Positions 39,393-49,015 of a stretch of DNA of 64,000 nucleotides are shown here, piece after piece. Origin of the DNA: an uncultured Candidatus Saccharibacteria bacterium (GTDB lineage Bacteria; Patescibacteriota; Dojkabacteria; SC72); NCBI GenBank assembly GCA_964403155.1, contig CAYOEG010000001.1, positions 21,550-85,549 of the forward strand, written 5' to 3'. Within the stretch, counting starts at the first letter, position 1. Each line of letters begins with the position of its first letter. The notes below the pieces were generated by a model that saw nothing but the letters and a program-made list of their open reading frames with translations, had not been told where the DNA came from and searched no databases. The position numbers were made by a program, and so were the translations under genes.

Positions 39393-40092
39393 TTACAATG
39401 AATTAGAAACAAAATTAGGCGTGAAGTTTAATGATATATCTCTTTTAGAGAAGGCATTTACGCACAGATCATATCTGAATGAACATAGAGGAGATAGTTT
39501 GGAGAATAATGAGAGATTAGAGTTTCTCGGAGATGCAGTACTTGAGTTAATAATCTCCTCCGATCTATACAGGAATTATCCTGATAAACCAGAAGGAGAA
39601 CTTACAAATATTAGAGCAGCCGTTGTTAGAACAGAGAGTCTCGCGGAGGAATCTAGAGCTTTAGGCTTTGGACAATATTTAAGAATGTCAAAAGGCGAAG
39701 AGGATTCGGGAGGAAAAGATAAAGATTATCTTTTAGCAAATACATTTGAAGCAGTACTAGGAGCAATATATCTTGATCAAGGGTTCGATACTTGCGTAAG
39801 CTACCTTGGTAAGACTCTTCTTCACAAAGTTTCAAATATAATTGAGAATAACCTTTTTATTGATCCCAAGACTCAAGCACAAGAGCTAATACAAGCACAG
39901 TTCAAAGTAACTCCACTGTATGAAGTAGTAAAGGAAGATGGTCCTGATCATGACAAGATATTTACAGTAGCATTAATAGTAAATCAGAAGGAATTGGGAC
40001 GTGGAACTGGTTCAAGTAAACAAAGAGCGGAAGAAGAAGCCGCGAGAATAGCGATAGAAACGATAAATAACAAGGAGAAATCCTTGAATTAA
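39385..40092 (+). CDS. rnc: Ribonuclease III
   Basis: THRSY, NERLEFLGDAVL, FEAVLGAIYLD, dsRBD DPKT...GPDH...AEEEAA. Confidence 0.98.
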   Translation: MNNYNELETKLGVKFNDISLLEKAFTHRSYLNEHRGDSLENNERLEFLGDAVLELIISSDLYRNYPDKPEGELTNIRAAVVRTESLAEESRALGFGQYLRMSKGEEDSGGKDKDYLLANTFEAVLGAIYLDQGFDTCVSYLGKTLLHKVSNIIENNLFIDPKTQAQELIQAQFKVTPLYEVVKEDGPDHDKIFTVALIVNQKELGRGTGSSKQRAEEEAARIAIETINNKEKSLN

Positions 40093-40119
40093 TGTATTTC
40101 ATCTGATAGAATGCTCGTT

Positions 40120-40419
40120 ATGCTAAAAATAAGATTAAAAAGAACAGGTAGAAGAGGGGATCCACATTACAAGATTGTGGTAATGCAGGACAACCAACCC
40201 AGAGATGGCAAAGCTATTGCAGAGATAGGTTATTACAATCCTAGAAATCATCCAACCACATTTGATATAAACAAAGAAGAGGCCGCTAAGTGGCTTAAGA
40301 ATGGAGCACAGCCTACAGATACCATTGCCCAATATTTCGTAAAGCTAGGGCTAATGAAGAGCCTCAAAAGGGGATCACATAAGCCAAATGTCGAGAAGAA
40401 GACAAAAGAAGAAAAATAG
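40120..40419 (+). CDS. rpsP: 30S ribosomal protein S16
   Basis: MLKIRLKRTG, PRDG, IGYYNP, GAQPTDT. Confidence 0.97.
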   Translation: MLKIRLKRTGRRGDPHYKIVVMQDNQPRDGKAIAEIGYYNPRNHPTTFDINKEEAAKWLKNGAQPTDTIAQYFVKLGLMKSLKRGSHKPNVEKKTKEEK

Positions 40420-40461
40420 TTGTATAATATTCAAAGTAATTTAATTATTTTGAATTCAGAA

Positions 40462-40797
40462 ATGAAAGAGCTACTAGAACATATTGTTAAATCCATAGTA
40501 AATCACCCTGAGAACGTTAGTATTGACGAGAAAGAAAGTGTCGATTTTCCTGGACTGACGATCTTAACTATCGATGTTGCAGAGGATGATAAGGGTGTTG
40601 TAATAGGAAGAAAAGGGAGAACTATCAATGCTATTAGAGATCTCATTACTATACATGCAATTAGGAATGACAAGCGTGTAAAAGTTCTCATAAAGGATGA
40701 TAAAGCTGGACATAGAGAACCATCTTCAACAGAAGATAGGGGAGAGGGCACACAACAGCCAGATAACAGTGAGAGCATGCTTTACGACGAAATCTAG
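40462..40797 (+). CDS. khpA: KH domain RNA-binding protein KhpA
   Basis: MKELLEHIVKSIV, DKGVVIGRKGRTINAIR; follows rpsP. Confidence 0.9.
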   Translation: MKELLEHIVKSIVNHPENVSIDEKESVDFPGLTILTIDVAEDDKGVVIGRKGRTINAIRDLITIHAIRNDKRVKVLIKDDKAGHREPSSTEDRGEGTQQPDNSESMLYDEI

Positions 40798-41504
40798 TTC
40801 AACTGAGAAGCTTTACTTTCGAATATTGAGACAATCTCTGGGTAATTCGTGTATGGTTTGAATTCCGAGTATAGACTTACCGTTGTGTTAGACTCTGGTA
40901 CATAATACCCCGTCACAGAGAGACTTACTTTCCAAACACCAGTATCATATGATTCTAATTTAAGGTTTTCTATGGTCAATATATATGGTGAGGCAGAGTA
41001 CAAGCTATCTAAAAAGCTCAATATATTACTTAATTTCCCTTGATATTGTAGTGGTCCACTAACTCCTAGGATATAGTTACCTTCACTGGTCTCCCCCTCT
41101 GCATTAACTTTAATATCACCCGCTGATATCTCTGAAGAATCTAAGTTCTTCTGCGAAGCCAAGTTATCAATGTAGTACATAAAGCTAGATACTTTAAGCG
41201 TATTAGGTATAACTTTTTTTGCATTAACTAAATCTATCTGAAGATTTCCTTCATCCATACTACCAAGTGCATTCTCTAGATCCTTCAACTTTTTCTCCTT
41301 TTCAATAATCTCCGCATGTTCTGCTTGAAATGACATGGCTGATTTAATCATTGGCACAAATACAAATATCCCTAGCAGTGCAAGAATTATTACAACCAAT
41401 ATAGGAATAATAATATCAGAGATCTTTAATTTGGTTTTGTTCAATCTCTCACTTATTGCCGCTATCTCTTTCTTTGTTTTTGATGTGTTATTAATTATTG
41501 CCAT
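40794..41504 (-). CDS. PilO-like pilus assembly protein
   Basis: TM plus coiled coil plus ferredoxin-like C-domain; position after pilM and pilN-like genes. Confidence 0.6.
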   Translation of the reverse strand: MAIINNTSKTKKEIAAISERLNKTKLKISDIIIPILVVIILALLGIFVFVPMIKSAMSFQAEHAEIIEKEKKLKDLENALGSMDEGNLQIDLVNAKKVIPNTLKVSSFMYYIDNLASQKNLDSSEISAGDIKVNAEGETSEGNYILGVSGPLQYQGKLSNILSFLDSLYSASPYILTIENLKLESYDTGVWKVSLSVTGYYVPESNTTVSLYSEFKPYTNYPEIVSIFESKASQLN

Positions 41505-41508
41505 TTTT

Positions 41509-42186
41509 TTATTGTACAGAACTTAAAAACTCTTCAATAATAAACTTACCTTTAAAAGAGAATCTCACTGAATTCCCATTATTACCAACCGATTGCAATG
41601 CAACACTCTCAACCTTAGGATCACTACTCAGTATATACCAAAATTTCGATACATCTTCCAAATCATTTGCATCACCATCTAAAGAGAAGGCAAGATCATT
41701 ACCTAACGATAATTTACTTATCTCTGCAGATCCACTCCTTGAAGCCAATGCATTAATGTAATCTACAACTTCTTTGGGAGAATATGCTTCCCCTAATGTA
41801 TCTTGGTAAAGTTTAATTCTTTCGGATATCTCACTACTCGATATGATTTTCTGCGATACCTTATTTAATTGAGATTCATAGGTGGCAAGTTTATCTTTCT
41901 CTGTGTTAAGTACCATTTTAGAAACGATATTGAAACCAACGATTAAAATGGAGACGACAACAAGGATCAAAAGGCTAACAATAGATCCAACGTTTAGTTT
42001 TTTCTTCTTTTCAACAACAGCAACTTCCTCTTTTGAAAGGGTAGGTATTAGATTAATACCCTCATCCGCAAGAATATTTTCTGTTACTGGAGCCTGAGAT
42101 TCTACAGGGATATCTTTTTTAGTAGTATCTACTTTCTTCTCAACAGGCTTCTCAATTTTGGGTGTTACCTCTATCGGTTTATTCAT
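41509..42186 (-). CDS. PilN-like pilus assembly protein
   Basis: INLIP (PilM-binding INLLP-type motif) followed by TM. Confidence 0.75.
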   Translation of the reverse strand: MNKPIEVTPKIEKPVEKKVDTTKKDIPVESQAPVTENILADEGINLIPTLSKEEVAVVEKKKKLNVGSIVSLLILVVVSILIVGFNIVSKMVLNTEKDKLATYESQLNKVSQKIISSSEISERIKLYQDTLGEAYSPKEVVDYINALASRSGSAEISKLSLGNDLAFSLDGDANDLEDVSKFWYILSSDPKVESVALQSVGNNGNSVRFSFKGKFIIEEFLSSVQ

Positions 42187-43210
42187 CTTTTAGTGCCAAA
42201 CCTATTGCAACAGAGTATGAAGGGCCACTTTTTGCAATAATGTCTCTAAATTTATTATCTACATTTATCTCATTCCAAGGATTGGCAATCGTGACATTCA
42301 CGCCAAGGCTCTTTGCAACATATTCCATTAAGCCTGGGAGTAGGGCACCATCACCATTTAAAAGATAATCCATAGGAGCCGCAGACAATGTTTTGTTCTT
42401 GTAGAATTCAATACCTCTTCTAACTTCAACTAGAATAGATTCAACAATAGGGGAAACAACATTATATATCTTCCCTTCCAGAACATTTTGTACAACACCG
42501 TAATTACGTTTGAATTCTTCTGCCCTAGAATATTCAAAATTAAATTTGTTAACTATCGATTGAGTTAAAGAATCTGAACCAATCGCAATACTCTGAGAAA
42601 AGACCAGATATCCTTCTGAAAGGATACTCATATCTGTACTATTAGCACCAAAGTCTAGCATTACCAAATCCTTTTTCTTAGTAGCACGATACATTGCTCT
42701 TCCCATCGCTACAGATTCTGTTTCTATTGCAGAAAGCTCGAGACCTGCACCCGTTGCAATATTTATATATATATCGATAATCTTTCTTGGCGCAGCAACC
42801 AGTAATACTCTTGGTGCGTTCTTCGCTTCGTTAAAGCCAATGGTAATATAGCTAAGCTGGACTTCGTTAAGTGGCATTGGAATATACTGTTTCGCCTCAA
42901 AATATACTGCATCCTTTAATTCCTCCTGTTTAACCCCCGGGAATTCTAAGAATCTCGTAAATACAGAGAATTCTGGGAGTGCCATAACTACAGATCTATT
43001 CCTAATCTTTGAAGAATCGTATAGCTTTTTGAGAACATCTGCTAATTTCGTTTGATCCGCTTTGTCTTCGCTATTTATTACACCTTTTGGCGTAATTTGA
43101 GAGCCGAGATTTTCTAATGCGGGGTTTCCAGAGGAGATATTCTTTAACTCAACTGCCTTAACGGAGTGAGTCCCAAAGTCTATACCTACATGGTCGGACA
43201 GTTTCGCCAT
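42179..43210 (-). CDS. pilM: Type IV pilus assembly protein PilM
   Basis: VGIDFGTHSVKAVEL, EAKQYIP, LDFGANST, VAIGLALK. Confidence 0.95.
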   Translation of the reverse strand: MAKLSDHVGIDFGTHSVKAVELKNISSGNPALENLGSQITPKGVINSEDKADQTKLADVLKKLYDSSKIRNRSVVMALPEFSVFTRFLEFPGVKQEELKDAVYFEAKQYIPMPLNEVQLSYITIGFNEAKNAPRVLLVAAPRKIIDIYINIATGAGLELSAIETESVAMGRAMYRATKKKDLVMLDFGANSTDMSILSEGYLVFSQSIAIGSDSLTQSIVNKFNFEYSRAEEFKRNYGVVQNVLEGKIYNVVSPIVESILVEVRRGIEFYKNKTLSAAPMDYLLNGDGALLPGLMEYVAKSLGVNVTIANPWNEINVDNKFRDIIAKSGPSYSVAIGLALKDE

Positions 43211-43272
43211 TTTGAGCAGTTTATTAAGTTAAAGTTTATATATATTACCAAAAAAGAGATACAACAACAAAG

Positions 43273-43653
43273 CTATTCACCAAGATATTTGTTCAATTCT
43301 TTTATCAAACCTTCGTAATTGATATCTGTTTTTACAAGATATGATGAAGCACCAAGGTCAAATGCTTCTTTTATCACTGCATCACTTGTCATATTTGTTA
43401 AAACAACAACAGGCATTTCACCATATTTGTCAGGAGAAGCCTTCACAGCTCTCAGTACTTCAAGTCCATCAACGCCTGGCATCATCAGATCCAGGAGAAC
43501 AAGTCCTATCATTCCACTTTGCTGGGCTAATGCGTCCAATCCATGGTACCCATCATTTGCAGTTACACAGGTAAACCCTGCATTTTCTACAAGTTCCTTG
43601 TATGAATCAAGTAATTGTTTATCATCTTCCACTATTAATACTGTTTTTGACAT
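43273..43653 (-). CDS. Single-domain response regulator
   Basis: LIVEDD, LLDLMMPGVDG, VLTN, YLVK. Confidence 0.95.
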   Translation of the reverse strand: MSKTVLIVEDDKQLLDSYKELVENAGFTCVTANDGYHGLDALAQQSGMIGLVLLDLMMPGVDGLEVLRAVKASPDKYGEMPVVVLTNMTSDAVIKEAFDLGASSYLVKTDINYEGLIKELNKYLGE

Positions 43654-43739
43654 ATTGTTATTATTTATAAATTAGACTGATGACCACATATACAGTATAG
43701 CCAAAATCTCCTGTACATGTTAAGTACCAAAAGAGCAAG

Positions 43740-44432
43740 CTACCAGACAATTCCCTCAGTTGAAACAACTGCTTGTCTATGGACTTCTTTCCTTACGGGA
43801 GCCCCAAAACCAAGATACCACTCGGTCGGTTGTGCGTCTATATCAAATCTTATCATATAGTTTGAATCATCTAGCACCGTGTATGCTATCTCAAATCCAT
43901 CAATATCAACAACCTCTGAATTAAGTGGAATCATATATCCCGTGTATTCCTCATCAAAGCAATTCTGGTGACGACCTGTTAAATCTGCTGCAGTAGTCTT
44001 GACTATGTACCCCACCTCGGAATCTAGAGTAGATGTAAAAAAAGCAATACAAACCCAACTTTCATAACCATACGGCCTAAAATGTATCTCATTTCCTACC
44101 TGATTTTCTCCAAGAGAAGAGCTATATACAGCGGGGAGATTTGCGCCGAATTCATCTATCACCGCATTATCATCAGGATCGTATTTTCTCGCATTGGAGG
44201 AATCATATATATACACATCCGATGGATTAGAATTTCGTACTGTTCTTCGTACAAGTTCCAACACAAATTCACTTTCTGCCCTTACTCTAGTCTTATTACT
44301 CGAAACGGTAGATATCTTTATAAGGGTTGTTAGTGTGACAGAAGCAATAAGCATAACAATTCCTATTATCACAATAGTTAAAAGCATTTCTACAAGACTG
44401 TAGGCTTCATATTTTTTCAAAAGTTTTTTCAT
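43740..44432 (-). CDS. Minor pilin / prepilin-type protein
   Basis: YEA|YSLVEMLL type III signal. Confidence 0.85.
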   Translation of the reverse strand: MKKLLKKYEAYSLVEMLLTIVIIGIVMLIASVTLTTLIKISTVSSNKTRVRAESEFVLELVRRTVRNSNPSDVYIYDSSNARKYDPDDNAVIDEFGANLPAVYSSSLGENQVGNEIHFRPYGYESWVCIAFFTSTLDSEVGYIVKTTAADLTGRHQNCFDEEYTGYMIPLNSEVVDIDGFEIAYTVLDDSNYMIRFDIDAQPTEWYLGFGAPVRKEVHRQAVVSTEGIVW

Positions 44433-44962
44433 CACAGTGTTGCTACTGTAAAGTAAGAATAATCTTTAACCATATTTTTCTTTGTCATTGATCCATCACC
44501 AACTTTAGATTGTCCTACAACAATTTTTATTATTGCGAAACGATTTTCTCCGACATAGCTATTTATACATGCTAATCTAAAAAAATTGTCATCTGTTGGC
44601 ATCTCGGTTTCTACTTTATATGTATCTCTATCTCTCGCTAAATCATATGATATATATTCACCCGACTGATTCTTTCTAAATGAATACACTCCATCTTCCA
44701 CATCCATTACATAACAACCTTCCACATCTGGGAAAACGTCTACTTCTGATATACGTTCCTGTGTCGCTAGATCTTGTACCATTACTCCAGCTTCTACTGC
44801 ATATTGTGTCATTGTATCTATCACCTCATTTTGCATCATCTCTTGGAGCGTTTGTGCTGCAATCTGCATCAACACTACAGATGAGGCACCAACAACCATT
44901 ATAGCGATTAATGCTTCTACAAAACCCATTCCTTCATATTTTTTCTTCGAGAAAATCCTCAT
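44432..44962 (-). CDS. Minor pilin / prepilin-type protein
   Basis: YEG|MGFVEALIA type III signal. Confidence 0.8.
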   Translation of the reverse strand: MRIFSKKKYEGMGFVEALIAIMVVGASSVVLMQIAAQTLQEMMQNEVIDTMTQYAVEAGVMVQDLATQERISEVDVFPDVEGCYVMDVEDGVYSFRKNQSGEYISYDLARDRDTYKVETEMPTDDNFFRLACINSYVGENRFAIIKIVVGQSKVGDGSMTKKNMVKDYSYFTVATL

Positions 44963-45708
44963 TTTATACTTTGGGTACTAATTTTACCTGAAAGATTCCC
45001 AATAGATATTATTCTCCTGTTTGCATTACTGTATGGATTAATTGTAATAACAAAGTCATCTGGCTCTTCCACTAAATTTCCCTCAGTATCAAAATTTAAC
45101 AATATCCCCTCTGAATCATAGAAAAACGCTCTCCCCGAGACAGATTCAAATATCACATAACGTGGTTCGTCATTGCCATCTATTGGAGACTTCAATATTT
45201 CAGCTTTTGGAGTAGATGAGGTTTGAGTATATCCACTAAGTATACGTAAAGTAGAAGAGAACGACGACAATTCGCAAACACTACTTGTAGAGATCCCCCC
45301 CGTTATATTCATATATCCATTTTGATCACTTCCTAATGGGGAACCGATATCATAATTGGGGTCATATGCTGGGAGGGAAGATCTCGTTGCGATATTTCCA
45401 TAATCGGAGAAGGGGGAACACCACTTAAATACTTTATATCTCCCATCATCTTGCATATCTCCGAAGTCTATTCCTAGCCCATATACCCATTTTTCATTTG
45501 TGCTTCGTGTAAGAAGCATTGCCGCTCTCTGTACAGACCTAATATCCTGTTCCAAGTTAAGGACATATTCATTTATCTTTACAGTATTCTGTAAACCACC
45601 AAAGGAAGAAAAAGTGATTCCAGCTAAAATCGCAAAAATACCCAATACAATTAGAAGCTCCATGAGTGTATACGCAGGGTATTTATTGGATTCTAATCTA
45701 AACGACAA
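44959..45708 (-). CDS. Minor pilin / prepilin-type protein
   Basis: YPA|YTLMELLIV type III signal. Confidence 0.85.
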   Translation of the reverse strand: MSFRLESNKYPAYTLMELLIVLGIFAILAGITFSSFGGLQNTVKINEYVLNLEQDIRSVQRAAMLLTRSTNEKWVYGLGIDFGDMQDDGRYKVFKWCSPFSDYGNIATRSSLPAYDPNYDIGSPLGSDQNGYMNITGGISTSSVCELSSFSSTLRILSGYTQTSSTPKAEILKSPIDGNDEPRYVIFESVSGRAFFYDSEGILLNFDTEGNLVEEPDDFVITINPYSNANRRIISIGNLSGKISTQSIK

Positions 45709-45760
45709 GGCAGTAAGTCATCAATTCAACTATTAAATTTAGCATAGAAAGGATATTGTA

Positions 45761-46342
45761 TCAATCATTAAGAGAGAAGCCCTCTTTCGGATACCAATCT
45801 GAATTGTCCATACTTTTCACAATCACAGCTAATGGGTCACCACTTGCTTGGGAATTAATATCACTATCAGTAACAGGAGTTATCTCTGGTAGGATTCCTA
45901 TCCCATCTCCTACACAGTAGAAGCCACGCTCTCCTTCATCATCTATACCTCCGAGGGAGACACAAACAATAACGAACTGTTGATCTATATCATCTACATC
46001 ATAGTAATATGTTGCTTCTGCTCCCCCATCAAAGATACCATCCTCATCTGCATATTCTTTTAGTATGTAGTTATTTTCTGTTCCATTATACCCGAGAGAG
46101 TAGGCGAAGAATTCTCTTTCTATACATCCTGTACAGCTACCAATTCCTGGGTATTTCCCATTGATATTTTTATATTTAATTAAAGAGGAATATAGCGTTC
46201 TAACAGCATTCTTGTGCTTAACATCTTGTGCTTTTTGTATGGCATATCTTGCTACTAACACACCAACTGCCAAAAGAACGATCAGGATCCCCATAACGAT
46301 GAGCATTTCTACGAGTGTAAAAGCTTTGTATCTTTTGGGCAT
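45761..46342 (-). CDS. Type IV pilin-like protein, paralog of 47175-47729
   Basis: YKA|FTLVEMLIVMGIL; shares ATYYY..D..QQ.V.VCV.LGG.DDE.ERG.YC.G-like segment with the paralog. Confidence 0.9.
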   Translation of the reverse strand: MPKRYKAFTLVEMLIVMGILIVLLAVGVLVARYAIQKAQDVKHKNAVRTLYSSLIKYKNINGKYPGIGSCTGCIEREFFAYSLGYNGTENNYILKEYADEDGIFDGGAEATYYYDVDDIDQQFVIVCVSLGGIDDEGERGFYCVGDGIGILPEITPVTDSDINSQASGDPLAVIVKSMDNSDWYPKEGFSLND

Positions 46343-46355
46343 GTTTTGTGTTTTC

Positions 46356-47099
46356 TTACAACTGGAGTAATTTAATAATATACCAGAATATGGTATCACC
46401 GTACATTAATGATAGAAGATATGCTATTGAAAGGAATGGTACCATTGGGATTTTAGCTTTCTTGAGTTCAGTATTCGTAAGTGCAATATATCCTAAAGAA
46501 AAGAGAAGGGCAATTATTATTGATAGCCAGAAGAATACAATCGCTTGTTTCCAAGTTATCAAAACTCCGAGTCCTAAGATAACAAGTATGTCACCAATTC
46601 CAAACGATTTTTTAAAGAGATTTATCAAAAGAAGAAATACTGCTATTGCTAATGGAAAATATATATTTGATAGCTGGAAGTTGAATAAAAAGATTATGAT
46701 ACAAAATGCTAAAAATACATGTGTCACATCCTGTGGAATTGCCATCTCTTTTACATCAAAGAAACAGAGTATGAATAGGAATATTATGATTACGTATGTA
46801 AATGCTGGAAGAGAGTAGGCATAGACTGCTAAGAATGATAACCCTAATAGGAATTCTGATATTGGGTAATAGATATTAACAACGGTCTTACAATATTTAC
46901 ATTTTCCTTTGTTAATAATAAATCCAAGTACAGGTATAAGATCTATCCAAGAGAGTGAATGTTTACATTTCTCACAATGAGATCCTTTCACTAATATCTC
47001 CGGATATTTGTATTCGTTATCGATACGGTACAGCGTAGCATTAATAAAGCTCGCTAGTACTGTACCTAAGATAAAAAAGAATATATACATCATGATCAT
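46356..47099 (-). CDS. pilD: Prepilin peptidase
   Basis: SHCEKC...DLIPV...KCKYC, GIGDIL, IPMVPFL. Confidence 0.92.
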   Translation of the reverse strand: MIMMYIFFFILGTVLASFINATLYRIDNEYKYPEILVKGSHCEKCKHSLSWIDLIPVLGFIINKGKCKYCKTVVNIYYPISEFLLGLSFLAVYAYSLPAFTYVIIIFLFILCFFDVKEMAIPQDVTHVFLAFCIIIFLFNFQLSNIYFPLAIAVFLLLINLFKKSFGIGDILVILGLGVLITWKQAIVFFWLSIIIALLFSLGYIALTNTELKKAKIPMVPFLSIAYLLSLMYGDTIFWYIIKLLQL

Positions 47100-47129
47100 A
47101 GTTCCATTATATACTGTCAGAAGAAATAA

Positions 47130-47153
47130 AAAACCCCTCAAAAGAGGGGTTTT
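47130..47153 (-). terminator. Intrinsic terminator after the probable major pilin
   Basis: AAAACCCCTC-aaaa-GAGGGGTTTT. Confidence 0.85.
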
Positions 47154-47174
47154 AAAGACTAAATAATCCAGAGA

Positions 47175-47729
47175 TTACTCCCACGCTTTTCCATCCCAAT
47201 CTGCACTTGCATTCGCAGTATCTGTAATGATCGTGTTATAAATACCTGCTTCACTATAAGGAATTGTTTTCTCTGTTACAGCACCACCCAACAATAGGGT
47301 ATCATTAAATCCATTTCCATTACAGTATAAACCTCTCTCTTTCTCATCATCTCCACCACCAAGCGTCACACAAACTAATACAGATTGTTGCTGCGTACCT
47401 TCCACATAGTAGTAGAATGTAGCTTCAGTCCCACCATTGAAAGTACCCTGATCCATATAATCATATAATGCACCTGTTTCAGCTAACATACCAGAGAGTG
47501 TACAAGCGGCGGATGAACATTCTGCTGTACCTGGGAATTCTCTATTATCAGTATAATATGCCTGCAGAGCAGTATACGCCTGATCAACAGCATTCTGGTG
47601 AGCAACATCATTAGCTCTATTGATAGCAAATCTACCAGCAGTAATACCAACAGCCATCAAGATAATAAGGATACCCATAACGATAAGCATTTCTACTAAC
47701 GTGAATGCCTCATAGAGATTCTTTCTCAT
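47175..47729 (-). CDS. Type IV pilin (probable major pilin)
   Basis: YEA|FTLVEMLIVMGIL; followed by its own terminator. Confidence 0.9.
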   Translation of the reverse strand: MRKNLYEAFTLVEMLIVMGILIILMAVGITAGRFAINRANDVAHQNAVDQAYTALQAYYTDNREFPGTAECSSAACTLSGMLAETGALYDYMDQGTFNGGTEATFYYYVEGTQQQSVLVCVTLGGGDDEKERGLYCNGNGFNDTLLLGGAVTEKTIPYSEAGIYNTIITDTANASADWDGKAWE

Positions 47730-47802
47730 GTTTATAACAGACAGTTTTAATTTAACTAAATAAAGATTACATAACTTTAGATACCTTGTCAATGACTCTT
47801 TT

Positions 47803-49014
47803 TTAGCCGATTGCCGAAGAGAGTTGGAACATTGGCATATATACACCTAAAGCTATAAATCCTATTGCTAGACCCATTATTATAAGAAATACAGGTTCTA
47901 AAATTGACGCCATATTTGTAGTAGCAACATCAACCTCTTCTTTGTAATACTGAGATACTTTTGTTAATACTGCATCTATCTCACCTGTTTCTTCACCAAC
48001 AGCAATCATGCTACTCACAAGAAGAGGAAAATACTCACTTCTAGCAATTGGAAGTGCCAATGCGCCACCTTTTTCTACCTCAGATTTGGCTTCCATTACA
48101 GTATCCCTAAAAATAGAATTGCTCAAAGATAAACCAGTAAGCTCAAGTGCCTTAATAATAGAAAGACCACTACCTAAGAGTAATGCAAGGATTCTTGTAA
48201 ACTGCGCCAATTGCATCTTAGTAACTATCATGCCAACCACTGGTATCTTTAAAACAAGTTTGTCGAAATTTCTTTTTCCTTTTTCAGAATCAAGATAAAA
48301 CTTTCCTCCAATTATTAAAACTGCTAGAACAACCAATATCGCCCACCAATAATGGATGAAGAAATCACTCATGCTCATCAGAATCTTGGTTACAGCAGGA
48401 AGTTCTGCATCAAAATCGCCATAAATAGTTGCCATAGATGGGACCAATACCATCATCATTAATATTACAACGGCAACAATGACTACTAAGATAATAGTAG
48501 GGTAGATCATTGCAGATTTCAGCTTGCTCTTTAAGCTGTTCTTTTCCTCCAACTCAGTAGCCAATCTTTCCAAAATAGTTTCTAAATTACCACTTTCTTC
48601 ACCAGCTTCAATAAGATTTAATGTCACTTCATCGAAAATTTCTTCCTGTGAACGAAATGAATTAGATAAAGATTTCCCCGATTGCACAGACAAGAGAACA
48701 TCTTTAAGCACTCTTCTGAACATAGGGTTTTCTGTCTGCTGAGTCATTATCTCCAAAGCTCTTGAAAGAGGAAGTCCAGCGCCAACCATAGTAGACATCT
48801 GTCTCATGAAGATAACTTTTTCTTTCATTGGAACACCACCAATATTCACCTCAGACAATCTCTCAAGATTCAATCCCATTGATTCTTTAACAGAAACAAC
48901 AATCAAACCTCTATCATGAAGGATATCTGCAACTGAATCATAATCTTTTGCCTCTAAATTACCTAAGACGATTTTTCCTTGTTGATCTCTTGCAGAATAT
49001 TTAAATTTCTTCAT
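47803..49014 (-). CDS. pilC: Type IV pilus inner-membrane platform protein (PilC/GspF)
   Basis: FKYSARD, AGLPL, AGEESGNL, SAMIYP, VGEETG, LEP, YMPMF. Confidence 0.95.
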   Translation of the reverse strand: MKKFKYSARDQQGKIVLGNLEAKDYDSVADILHDRGLIVVSVKESMGLNLERLSEVNIGGVPMKEKVIFMRQMSTMVGAGLPLSRALEIMTQQTENPMFRRVLKDVLLSVQSGKSLSNSFRSQEEIFDEVTLNLIEAGEESGNLETILERLATELEEKNSLKSKLKSAMIYPTIILVVIVAVVILMMMVLVPSMATIYGDFDAELPAVTKILMSMSDFFIHYWWAILVVLAVLIIGGKFYLDSEKGKRNFDKLVLKIPVVGMIVTKMQLAQFTRILALLLGSGLSIIKALELTGLSLSNSIFRDTVMEAKSEVEKGGALALPIARSEYFPLLVSSMIAVGEETGEIDAVLTKVSQYYKEEVDVATTNMASILEPVFLIIMGLAIGFIALGVYMPMFQLSSAIG

Positions 49015-49015
49015 A

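Noticed and set aside
43729-43738. TGCTCTTTT on the minus strand read as a third boxA
   Set aside because: Lacks the A after TTT and has no upstream promoter-hairpin or long structured leader; probably chance.
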